Below, in pieces: positions 1 through 10,500 of a stretch of 64,000 nt of DNA. Numbering within the stretch: the stretch's first letter is position 1; each line of letters opens with the position of its first letter. Below the pieces are notes generated by a model, which saw only the letters and a program-made list of their open reading frames with translations, ran no database searches and was not told the origin of the DNA. The DNA is from Patescibacteria group bacterium (GTDB lineage: Bacteria; Patescibacteriota; Minisyncoccia; Phycocordibacterales; CSBR16-119): NCBI GenBank assembly GCA_052033715.1, contig JBPOJJ010000002.1:94408-158407 (forward strand). The letters are read 5' to 3'. Made by a program: the position numbers and the translations under genes.

Positions 1-449
1 CTCGACTTTTACGCGATCGCCATATGAATATTTGGGAAAAAGTTCAGTCGAAACAAGTATTCTTTGATTTATTGGGTAAATCTCTTCACGAAAATTCAGT
101 TTATCTGCTGAGACTAATAGCCTTTGGCCAGATTCTCTAACATCGACTTCGGAGCGGACAATTCCTTCAATTGAAACACTTTGACCAACAAAATTATCGA
201 GTTTGTTTTTCGGTTCGTTTGTATCTTTGATATAAAATCGCAATATTCCAATCGAGACGAAGATTAGAAATATGGAAAATAAAAGTATGGTTTTCTTCGG
301 ACCAATATTTAAAATCGCTAGCGCAAGGAAGACAATTCCCAGAAGGGCAAAAAATAATACGAGCGAGATTCCGATTAAAAAGATCGAAGAAACAAATACC
401 CCTGTCAAAAATCCAAGGATAATTGAGAGAAATATTTTCTGCGACATTG
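1..449 (-). CDS. Partial CDS running off the window start: N-terminal multi-TM segment plus start of a soluble domain, possibly ComEC/Rec2-like (DUF4131)
   Basis: Manual minus-strand translation from ATG (complement of 447-449): MSQKIFLSIILGFLTGVFVSSIFLIGISLVLFFALLGIVFLALAILNIGPKK...GQSVSIEGIVRSEV. Hydrophobic helices then an OB-like segment. Not in the ORF track because it is truncated by the window edge. Confidence 0.35.
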
Positions 450-451
450 GA

Positions 452-1156
452 TTATTCCAACCAAGATTTTATAATTTTTTCTTCGTCGGCTTTGGAGAAT
501 GTTTTTTTGAATCGCGCCTTCTTACCTTTAACTCTGGATTCGCACTCTTTCCAAGTTTTATGAGTTTTGATTTCTCCGTCTACCATCGATAAGTATGAAT
601 AAATTTTATCGGTTTTTTGACTGGAGGATTTACCATAGGCAGGAGCGAGATTTTTTATGTCGACAGAATATTCATTGATGTTACCCCTGAAAAGAGTTGG
701 TTTCTTGCCGGCAGCAAATTCAGTAGCGATTGTGTCAACTCGTTCGTTCCCTGCGATTCCTGAATGCCCCTCGACATACTTCCACTCAATTTCAAGATCA
801 CGAACCTTGGCAGAAAGTAGCTGCCACAAGTCTTTGTTCAAAACAGATTTTTTATTAGCAGTAAGCCAGCCACGCTCTGCCCAGCCATATACCCATTTAG
901 TAATGCCATTGATGAGATACTGCGAATCAGTAAAAAAAGTTATTTCAGCTTCCGATAAATCTTTTTCGTCTAAAAATTTGAGTGCTTCAATTGCCGCGGT
1001 CATTTCCATCCGATTATTCGTCGTTTTAGGATTGTGTCCGCCAAGCTCATTTACACATTTCCCTGTCTTGTCCGCGACAACCGCCGCCCAACCTCCGGGA
1101 CCAGGATTCCCTAGCGAGCTCCCGTCAGTAAATATCGTAATTTCTTGCATGGACAC
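452..1156 (-). CDS. rnhA: Ribonuclease HI with a C-terminal hybrid-binding (Cauli_VI-like) domain
   Basis: RNase H catalytic core (TDGSSLGNPGPGGWAAV...EGHSGIAGNERVD). C-terminal ~50 aa (IYSYLSMVDGEIKTHKTWKECESRVKGKKARFKKTFSKADEEKIIKSW) matches the FYAV...GIY..W.EC...V.G..GA.YK.F consensus of the RNase H1 hybrid-binding domain. Confidence 0.85.
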   Translation of the reverse strand: MSMQEITIFTDGSSLGNPGPGGWAAVVADKTGKCVNELGGHNPKTTNNRMEMTAAIEALKFLDEKDLSEAEITFFTDSQYLINGITKWVYGWAERGWLTANKKSVLNKDLWQLLSAKVRDLEIEWKYVEGHSGIAGNERVDTIATEFAAGKKPTLFRGNINEYSVDIKNLAPAYGKSSSQKTDKIYSYLSMVDGEIKTHKTWKECESRVKGKKARFKKTFSKADEEKIIKSWLE

Positions 1157-1204
1157 TATTATAACGCAAAATCCCCTTTCGGGGATTTTGCCTGAATTAT
1201 TTTA

Positions 1205-1966
1205 TTATTTGACCCTATAAACAATCGAAACGCTGGAGTAAATTCGATTCTGTCCTGTTTCGATAGTTGGAGCTGGGGTATTTGCGCCACCTGCATCCAT
1301 AGCCATTTCTGCCTTGGCATACATGATTGGTCCGCCATATCCACCTTCGTTAAATGAAACGATGCGTCCAAGTCGAACTCCGAGCTGGTCGGCCAAAATT
1401 TTGGCCTTTTCTTTGGCTTCTTTGATCGCTTCTTTGCGAGCTTCTGTCTGAAGAGCGTCCTTGTTCTCAATATCGAAGTTTGGTCCTTGAATATCAGAAA
1501 CTTTGGCAGTACCGACGGCACCGATAATCTGGCTTACTTTGGCCAAATCGCGAACTTTGACTGTCGTTGTCTGAGTAACCTGATATCCCGTTAGTGTTCC
1601 GTTGGAACCTCCGCAACCGAATTGTCCGCAACGATAATCGTACTGCGGATAAGCATTGTAATAAGTTGTCTGGATGTCTTTGGTATCGATGCCGAGCGCT
1701 TTCACTGCTTCGATAGCCGCACTTGAATTCTTCTCGACTTCAGCTTGAGCGTCTTTGAGTTCTTTCATGGTGGATGATGCTCCAAATGAAATAGTTGCAA
1801 TGTCCGGTGCGGCAAAAATCTCGGCATCACCGTCAACAGTGATCGTGTTCTCGGCATTTACATCGGTTGTCTTAAATCCTTTTACTACTTCAATACCAAA
1901 GAAAATTGCGATGAGTACTAAAACCAGCGTTGCAACCTTGATTAGATCTTTAAGTGTTTTATCCAT
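1205..1966 (-). CDS. SIMPL-domain (DUF541/YggE-like) periplasmic protein with N-terminal TM/signal
   Basis: N-terminal hydrophobic helix. Overall layout and KEAxxxAKxKAxxLA motifs are typical of SIMPL/26 kDa periplasmic immunogenic protein family. Confidence 0.75.
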   Translation of the reverse strand: MDKTLKDLIKVATLVLVLIAIFFGIEVVKGFKTTDVNAENTITVDGDAEIFAAPDIATISFGASSTMKELKDAQAEVEKNSSAAIEAVKALGIDTKDIQTTYYNAYPQYDYRCGQFGCGGSNGTLTGYQVTQTTTVKVRDLAKVSQIIGAVGTAKVSDIQGPNFDIENKDALQTEARKEAIKEAKEKAKILADQLGVRLGRIVSFNEGGYGGPIMYAKAEMAMDAGGANTPAPTIETGQNRIYSSVSIVYRVK

Positions 1967-1998
1967 ATAAGTTGTATGTTTTTTATAATAAATAATCG

Positions 1999-2646
1999 TT
2001 AGCGTACTGGTTCTGACGACAATGCCGGAAGAATATTACTTGGTTCCTCAGATTTACCATTGTTTTTAAGTTTATCGTAAAGAGCGGCCATGGCAATTCC
2101 TGATAGCGGTATGGTAAACAATAACCCAACCAACAAAGCCAAGAAGCCTAAAATATTTATGCCCGCCAACACTAAGACAAAGAGGAAAATTCGCCATTTA
2201 TGACCCTTGGTCATAGAGTAACTTTTCTTGATCGCCTCCCAGAATTTCCAAGATTTCCATGGCATTTTCTTATCTTCCTCAACCAAAATGTAACTTACGA
2301 AAGACAACATAATAGCCACTATCACACCTGGAACGATCAGAAGTCCGAGTCCAGCGACGACAAAAATCGTAGCTATAAAAATTCCAACCAGATAGTGCAG
2401 TATCTTGGCTCCAGACAAATCGTCAAAAACCTTTCTCCTATCAAATTTACCCCCTTTGGCAATTCTCAGAAACACACTTGTCAGGATAAAAGATGTCAAA
2501 ATATCAACAACAAAACCAAGGTGGATTTCTCTTCCCAGCGCCCCAACAACATAAATAATGGCCATGAAAGCAATAATCGGCCAAAAGTTCTCTTTGGTTT
2601 TAGTCCAGCCAATCTTTATGAGTTCTTTGTTTTTCCAGGTTGTCAT
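1999..2646 (-). CDS. Integral membrane protein, hypothetical (about 5 TM)
   Basis: 215 aa ORF with multiple hydrophobic helices. No confident family assignment. Confidence 0.5.
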   Translation of the reverse strand: MTTWKNKELIKIGWTKTKENFWPIIAFMAIIYVVGALGREIHLGFVVDILTSFILTSVFLRIAKGGKFDRRKVFDDLSGAKILHYLVGIFIATIFVVAGLGLLIVPGVIVAIMLSFVSYILVEEDKKMPWKSWKFWEAIKKSYSMTKGHKWRIFLFVLVLAGINILGFLALLVGLLFTIPLSGIAMAALYDKLKNNGKSEEPSNILPALSSEPVR

Positions 2647-2648
2647 TT

Positions 2649-3170
2649 TTATTGCACACCTTTAGGATTTATAGCCAAAAGCTCAACGTCAAAAACCAAG
2701 GTGGCGTTAGCTGGAATAACTCCCGGCACACCCCTTTCACCATAAGCGAATTTGCCAGGAATAACGATTTTTCTAACTTCTCCGACTTTCATACCTTTCA
2801 TGCCAATTTCCCAACCCTGAATAACTTGTCCCATTCCCAGAGTAAATTGAAATGGAGTTCCTCGATCAACGCTCGAATCAAACTTCTTTCCGTCCAAGAG
2901 ATATCCTGTGTAATGTACGGATAAAATGTCTCCGTCTCGAGAAACAGCATCACCTGTGCCAGATTTAACTATGGTCATTTTAAGCTCGTCTTCAGACGCT
3001 GGTTTTGGAGTAGACGCAACAGAGGTCGTTGAAATTTCACTTTGTGTTGCCACAGACTCTTCCTCTGAGACGACTACCGCGTCAGAAGGAGCAACTGGAT
3101 TTCTTTTTAATAGAAGAAAGACAACGACCACGGCAACAACTACAATAATTATCGAATACATTAATTTCAT
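2649..3170 (-). CDS. FKBP-type peptidyl-prolyl cis-trans isomerase, membrane-anchored
   Basis: [15 protein letters not shown]...[63 protein letters not shown] is a canonical FKBP domain. N-terminal TM. Confidence 0.85.
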   Translation of the reverse strand: MKLMYSIIIVVVAVVVVFLLLKRNPVAPSDAVVVSEEESVATQSEISTTSVASTPKPASEDELKMTIVKSGTGDAVSRDGDILSVHYTGYLLDGKKFDSSVDRGTPFQFTLGMGQVIQGWEIGMKGMKVGEVRKIVIPGKFAYGERGVPGVIPANATLVFDVELLAINPKGVQ

Positions 3171-3214
3171 ATTTAATTACTATTTAATAAAGGTTGAGGC
3201 TATTATAGCACCTT

Positions 3215-3901
3215 CTATTTATTGAGGCCTTCAATGACAGACTTGAGCTCATCGTAGGGCAAAGCTCCAGTAAAAGAAAACTTTTGACCATTTTTGTCAA
3301 CCAAGACAGTATGCGGTGTTCCATTGAATCCGAGTAAAATCTTATTTTGGGTGAATTCTTGGCGGATTTCTTTTTCGATTTCAGAATCTTTTATACAGAC
3401 CCCATATTTAGTCGCGTCAATTCCAAAAGTCTGGGCGACTTCTAAATAGTATTCTGTTTTTAGTTTATCTTGATTGGCGAATAATTCATCAGAATATTTC
3501 CAGAAAGCCTCTTCGCCACCGATACGCCCAACGCAAGAGCTCGCCACAGCTGCTTCGACATTAAAAATTGGTAAATGTCGATAAATCCATTTGATCTCGC
3601 CCTCAGACTCGTCCACGAGTTGCTTGAGTGTCAATTGGAACTGTGCGCAAAAATGACACGAAAAGTCTGCATACTCGATAAGAGTGACCGGTGCGCTTGC
3701 CTCCCCTCTCACAAAGTCCTCCTCGCGGACCTCAGCCACGAGATTGAGCTTATCCCCGCCCTCAGCGATAGCCTTCTCCGCCGGCTCTGCGCCTTTCAAG
3801 AAAACCGCGGAAGCTATAATTACAGCTCCCAGTACTATCGCTCCAGGAATGTTCAGTCTTGGCTTCGATACAGTTTCGATTTTTATTTCATTATTTTCCA
3901 T
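3215..3901 (-). CDS. DsbA-like thioredoxin-fold thiol:disulfide oxidoreductase, membrane-anchored
   Basis: CxxC active site in FSCHFCAQF. N-terminal TM. Thioredoxin-like length. Confidence 0.75.
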   Translation of the reverse strand: MENNEIKIETVSKPRLNIPGAIVLGAVIIASAVFLKGAEPAEKAIAEGGDKLNLVAEVREEDFVRGEASAPVTLIEYADFSCHFCAQFQLTLKQLVDESEGEIKWIYRHLPIFNVEAAVASSCVGRIGGEEAFWKYSDELFANQDKLKTEYYLEVAQTFGIDATKYGVCIKDSEIEKEIRQEFTQNKILLGFNGTPHTVLVDKNGQKFSFTGALPYDELKSVIEGLNK

Positions 3902-3902
3902 T

Positions 3903-4316
3903 TTATTTTTTCTTTAAACACTTAACACATTTGCAACCGACTGGTTTTATAAATTCATCAAAATATTCTTCTCCGTAATCATACGAGAGTTCCTCTCCCG
4001 CAGCAATGTTTTTGATGGCCATGATCATAATTCTGCCTTTCTTGATCTCAACTTCGCAGTTTGGCCGACAAGAATGGTTTATATACCTGGCGGTATTCCA
4101 TCTGGGCGAACCATCGATGGTAAATTTATTGTTAATTTCAAACAAGTATTTCCCCGTATGGTCTTCGACTTCTTTGTTCGGCTTTTTTATACCAATATAT
4201 TCGACAATAAAATCACCTTTCTTGAATAATTTATTCGTGACCAAACCAAACCCGAGCCCCTTGCCCGGTCGAATGATTCGAAAATCTTCGACTCTTTTAT
4301 TTTTCATTTTCGCCAT
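3903..4316 (-). CDS. SET-domain protein (putative lysine methyltransferase)
   Basis: NHSCRPNCEV and ELSYDYG motifs typical of SET domains. Ends in a Cys-rich post-SET-like tail (GCKCVKCLKKK). Confidence 0.8.
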   Translation of the reverse strand: MAKMKNKRVEDFRIIRPGKGLGFGLVTNKLFKKGDFIVEYIGIKKPNKEVEDHTGKYLFEINNKFTIDGSPRWNTARYINHSCRPNCEVEIKKGRIMIMAIKNIAAGEELSYDYGEEYFDEFIKPVGCKCVKCLKKK

Positions 4317-4364
4317 ACGCGAGATTATAACACACAGACAAAAACCCCCTTTCGGGGGTTTTTG

Positions 4365-4574
4365 TTAGTTCCTGGGAGCGTCAGGATAAAACTTTTCTGG
4401 ATCTCTCTCGCCAAAACTACTTTCGACAGCTTCTTCAGACTCTAGAATATTTTCTGCCGGATTACTGTTACTTGGATAGTTCGTCTCACCCGTGCTTGAC
4501 GTTTGGTTATTTTTTATAAAAATATAACCGAGAACAATTAAACCGAGTATTAATATAGCAATTATTGTTTTCAT
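4365..4574 (-). CDS. Small secreted/membrane-anchored hypothetical protein
   Basis: 69 aa with N-terminal hydrophobic helix. Flanked by terminator hairpin at 4340-4365. Confidence 0.3.
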   Translation of the reverse strand: MKTIIAILILGLIVLGYIFIKNNQTSSTGETNYPSNSNPAENILESEEAVESSFGERDPEKFYPDAPRN

Positions 4575-4592
4575 AGATTTATTCTATCATGA

Positions 4593-7500
4593 CTAACAAT
4601 TTCCATATTCGACCACGATAGCTGTAAATGGTTGAATGGTATATGTCTGCGTTCCGCTCGTTGATTGGCCATTAACTCTACAAGCGTTGGTTATTACTTG
4701 AGAGGTTGGAGATATAGTCGCGTTGTAGAAGATCTGCGGTGCCTGAGTTGCGGTGTACGTTCCATCAGTTGAGTTAACGTCTTCGTTTGAACTTGTTTTC
4801 CACTGGCCCAAAGTCCAATTGTTTGTTTGACCACTGAAGTTCTTCATCTGTTGAACTTTTGTTGTTCTGTATGGATTGGAATAATAATTGCTGTTTATGG
4901 TTCCAAAATCAGCTACCGCGCCTGTGCCATTACTATATGAGTGCAGGAAGTACAGTGGATTTTGATAAGAAGCTATTCCGTATATCTTGTTTCCAGTGAC
5001 TACGTCATTGTATTGTGGCCAGAAACATGGACTATTTGAGTCGGGTGTAGGACATCCGCCGGAAACAGTTCTATAGTTTGACCAGTCCGCAAAAGCAATT
5101 CCTGATCGATTGAAATCGTAAATTATATTGTTTCGTATTTTGTTGTCACGGAACAATGTATTGTGATCAACCCATATACCATCAGTTGCATTTATAGCGA
5201 TGTTTGAGTCGAGATCAAGATTGATAATAGGGCCTACTGTACCATCTCCAAAGTAGTAGGCCTTGTCTCTTGCTACGTACCCAACGTACAGTATTGGCTG
5301 AGAAGCCATGTTTGGAGAACCACCAGTTCCGGCATTTTGACCAGAACCGACACCGATATCTTTGACGATGTTTTTACTGATAGTCAGGCCGTTTGTGTTG
5401 TCAAAGGTGATTCCTGCGCCGTCGGTAAGCGTCTTCATCGCTCTTTCAACCAAGTTCTCGGTTATAGTACCCGACCCCGCTGCCCAGATTCCGGCATATC
5501 CTGTATCGCGAACAATGTTTCTCCTAGAAACAATATTACTTCCACCACCAATGTGAATTATTCCGGAATGTGTCATTTCTGAACTATACATTCTGTCTTC
5601 TACAGTAGAAACCCGTTCGATGACATTGCCCTCTATCAAGTGACCATTGCCTCCCTGAACAGATATACCAGTTACATTTAGATCATGGAGATAATTATTT
5701 CTCAAAGTATTTTTGTCAGATTCTGCAACACCATCGATTCCTGAATGGTAAACACCGTGGTAAGCATTTCTTATTTCTAGATTTTCTACTGTTATACCTT
5801 TTAGATTTGTTCCACTTTGGCTTCTTAGCCAAACGGCATAACCCGTCTGACCCTCGACGATAAGATTCCTAACTATTATATGTCCGGCGCTCGCGATGTA
5901 GACTCCGTCTGATTCAGAGGTCATTTCGACTGTTAAGGTGTTTGGGTTGGCATTGCCTGGGGCCCATAGGTACACAGTATTTGTCGCGGAGTCAAAATAC
6001 CATTCACCGGCAGTATCAAGTAATGATAATTTATTTCTCAAAATATAACCCCATGCCAGGTTGGTCCATTGTGATCCGTATTTCATGGCAGTGCCGGGAG
6101 TCGTGTGGTCATATCTTTGCAAATCTATTCTCGATCCAGAATTTCCAGTTATTTTTCCGATAGAAATAGACCAAGGTGATCCTCTCGTTACAACCTCTCC
6201 ATTGGTCAATGAATTCGAACCTTGGGCCGAAAGCCATGAATTGTCTGAATCTGTTATGAGATTGGCGCCTCTAGAGTTTGTGAAGTACCATCCTGTGTTT
6301 GGCTGACGAGCCTGTGTTTGATAAGCACTGTTTATGAACAGATATTTCGGCGTTGATGCTGGTGCAGAAGAAACTGTCGCTTTCCAGATATTGCCACTGT
6401 GTTGTGTCCAGTTTGTGACCAATACGTTACCGGAAATCACTGGCGCCGAACCTGCTCCATAAGCGTCAACTATGATCTTGGATGAGGCGGTACCGGACTT
6501 GGTTATCGCTAGACGACCTCTGTGTGATTGCTCCCTCTTGAAACAAATCATTGTTCCAGCGTTGATACTCGACATTGAAGAATTCACCTTACTAATTGTC
6601 TTCCAAGGAGTAGAGACTGATGTTCCGTTGTTTGAATCGTTACCACTTACCGCATCTACGTAAAAGATGGTTCCGCCGGAAGGATTTGTACAAGAAGTCG
6701 GGTTCGTCGTAAGAGATGGTCCGACAGCGCCATTGATTCCGTTCATCGTCTGCCCACCAGTTGGTGGTGGGGGTGTTGGGTCAGATGAAGTTGTTCCTGT
6801 TGTGGCAGATGACCAAGATGTACAGTTTGGAGCAGTAACACCGTCGCATGCTCGGACCTGGTATTCATACGAAGTTCCGGCGACAAGTCCGGTATTTGAA
6901 AATGATGTCGCTCCGCCACTATACACTTCTGCGAATGTTCCTGAAGGAAGAGTTCTTCTTTGAAGTTTGTAAGTAATTGGTGTTGTGGCGTCTGTTGCAG
7001 TGTTCCAAGATACTGTCAATGAAGTAGTCGTTGGTGAAGCGGTGGCTAAATTTGGTGTTCCGGCAGTCCAAACAGGATTCTCGTTGTCAATCAAGGGAGT
7101 GCCCCCGCCCGAGCCATTAACCGCTCTTTGGATTTGTGGAAGTGAAGAATTGTTTGTGTTTACCAGTCTGTAATACGGCGCTGTGGCGTTCGATAGTGTT
7201 ATGGTCTTGATCCCGAGTTTTCCATTTGGTGCAGTAATGCTTGTTTGACCAGACACATCTGTCCAAGATGTTCCGTTCGTTGAACTTTGCAATTTCCATG
7301 TTTCTCCTGGCTTGATGTGGGTTATGTTTATAGCCAAAATGTTATTGGAGAATGTAATCTGTGGATCTTTCCATGGGTTGGCTAGAGGCTCTCCGACGAA
7401 GTTTGTATTTCCATTCTTCTCGACAGAAGACCAGTATGATTGGAGAGCGGATGCACCAGTGTAATATTCTCTCCACAATTGTGTTGTTTTGGAAGATTTT

Positions 7501-10500
7501 CTAGCAACCCCAGATGAACTATCCCATGGCTCTTTTTGTGTGCCAGAACTTGCCGTTGCGCCAGCTTTCAACATTTCTGTTATTGACAGTTGAGCTCCCG
7601 TTCCTCCTGAAACTCCGTCTTGAGACAAAAAGCCACTGTTGCTTGTTGCATAATCAACGAGAGCACCTTTTAGGAAATTTAGAGTTGAAATATACGGCGG
7701 ACAAGCAAGAGCTGTATGGTAGCCCAAAACATCTGTTTTATTTTTCAAGAAACTTGGTTCGTATTGTGAACCACCTATATAACTTTGTGTTGAAGTACAA
7801 TTTCCTGGACTACCTCCGGCAGCATAATTCGATACCGTAGTGTGTTCCGTTGCTAAATTATTTTGATTGAACAATCCAGCGAGAGTTAGTATATTCGAAT
7901 GTCTTATCGGCGCTCTATTTGTATCGAATGTTGAAATTGAATAAATCTTACTTGTTGGATGTGTGTTATCAGCCTGTACACCCTGATCTACGAACTGTTT
8001 ACCTTCGTTATAGTTTCCTGAAGCAAAAGGCAACAAGAAAGCTGGGATGAGGTTATGAGTTTGTCGTGGAGTCAAAAATCCGGAAGAATTTTCAAAATAG
8101 GCATTTGTTGGCATGCTGCCAGAACTAAGCAACGCATCACCATCAACATATTGCCCTTTTGCAAATGCTACAACCAGAGAAACACATGGTTCTGTTCCAC
8201 TGCCGGTATTACAATTAGTGGTAGCGTTTCCAACCATGAAAGGATATCTCCACACAAGCATCGCGCCTTGAATGTCAGGAGAACCAAGACCGGCCGAAGT
8301 ATATGCAGAAGTTATCTGATTTAGAACATGAGCTCGCATGTTTGTTCCACCGAAACCTGTTTCGAAAGTGCTTCTTAGCATAATCCTGCCATTATTATCC
8401 ATCGGCGCGTTAAAACTAAGGGTTACTTTGTTTTGCGCAGGAATACCTCTTTGTTGTATATAGTAATCAGCTAGCTGACACGATTGGGAGTATTGTGAAT
8501 TGCACACAACGGCTATTTGATTTGGATTGAATGACCTTTGTGGAGTTGAAACTATTGGCGCCGAAGATGGAGGTGCGCTTGCAACGCTAAATGTAACACT
8601 TACGCTTGATGTCATCGGATTTCCAGCCGTATCTTGGCAGCGAACATATCTTGTATAAGATGTTCCGTCTGTCAAACCAAGGAGCGGATAGTTGTGAGAA
8701 GTCGATCCAGAGCCAGTAAAGGTGTTGGTCATGGAAGCGTAAGCAGTATCTGTTGTTGCCCACTTACAAGTTGCAGCTTCATTTGTCGTGGCTGTCATCG
8801 TAAATGTTGTTGTACCCGCGGAGAGAACCTGATTATTTGTCGGCGCGGTAATGTTAGCCGTTGGAGGAATTGTGTCAGTTGGTGGTGGAACGTATGAATC
8901 AATATTGTTTTCATTGACCCAACCATCAGTACCAGTTGCAAAGTCGACATACCAATAATTGATTCCGCCACTTATCCAAACTGGATTTATAGGTCCAGCC
9001 GAGCTGTTGGTTATCACGCCAACTGTACCAGCAACTTGATTTCCGGCATTACCAGAAGCGTCAGGTGTAACCTTGATGCTTGCTGTGGTATTTGTCTCAA
9101 CCTGGTTACCATTGGCAAAACTAGTTGAGAGTGTTGGAGCACTGACAGCATTTGAAACACCTGAAGTATTTCCAACGTTATCAACCGCGGTAATCGTATA
9201 GCTATAAGTTCCTGTTGATGTGACGCTGGTATCAACAAAAGTTGTTTGGTTTCCAACGTTTACTGTTGTGCCAGGATTTCTGGTGACATTGTAGTGATTA
9301 ACTCCTCCGGCATCTGTCGAAGCTGCCCAAGACAATCTAATCTCTCCTGCCGAACGATATGTTGAGGCTGCAGAAGTTGGATTGGTTGGAGGAGTTAGAT
9401 CGTCAAAGTTAGACAGGATGAATTGATTAACGACTGGTGTTCCAGCTGCGCCTGTACAAGTGGCGGCGGCATAAGGGGTGACGGTGAGGGTATATGCGCC
9501 CAAAATCTGAGTCGATGTTGGCCAAGAAGTATATGTCCCCGAAGCATCGCCATAAAGAGCAAATGGTGAAGAGCTTTCGCACTGAGTATAGGCGGTAAAT
9601 CCAGACGGCCCAGTTAGATCAAATTTGATACTTGCTGGAGCTGGTGTGCCTGGATTTGCTTTGATTGAGAAAGCTCCGCTAAGTGGTGCATATGTGGCGT
9701 TCGCCTGACTTCCAACGTTTAGCTGCTGACCAGAGGCGAGGGTGGACACAACTGTGCCGTTTATTTGAACAACCTGAAGAGAGGAAACGATTGTTGGTAT
9801 CGCTGTCGTTGTTGCTGTAACTGCAGATGATTGAGCAGAACAATTTTGCGTTGGCGCACTGTCGCAAGCAGAGATGGTGTATGAATAGAGTGTTCCAGCA
9901 ACCAAATCAAGATCCGTCATCGAAGTGCCTGAGATTGGAGAGCCAATGTAAGTACCATTTCGATAAATTCTATAAGTAACTGGAGAAGAAGCATCTGTCA
10001 CAGCATTCCAAGACAAAGCAACGGTTGTCGAAGTAACTGCGCCAACAGAAAGCGTTGGTACAGCTGGAGCGGTAGTATCGACTGGAGCGGCCACGCTAAA
10101 CTCACGACTTACACTTGTCGTCATTGTGTTTCCGACGGTGTCCTGGCAGCGTACGTATCGAGTGTATGATGTTCCGTTAACAAGACCCGTAAGCGACGCG
10201 TTGTGGCTAGTAGAACCAGCCCCAGCAAGTGTGTTGATCATGCTTGAGTAGGCAACGTCTGTTGTGTTCCATTTACATGTTGCCGCTTCGTTTGTTGTGA
10301 CCGACAAGGTTGTGCTTGTCGTACCAGCCGGCAGAACTTGACCCGCGGTTGGAGCAGTAATTGTGGCTGTTGGAGCAGTTGCATCCGACGGCGCTGCTGT
10401 CGTACCACTAACTGCGGATGATTGAGCAGAACAATTTGTGGTAATTGCTATATAGCAAGCCTGAACCTTGTAGTAATAAGTTACGTTTGGAGAAAGAGAC

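Noticed and set aside
272-592. Plus-strand 106 aa hydrophobic ORF
   Set aside because: Lies antisense to the partial membrane-protein gene (1-449) and the rnhA 3' end. No start or stop context. Low-complexity hydrophobic translation typical of antisense frames.
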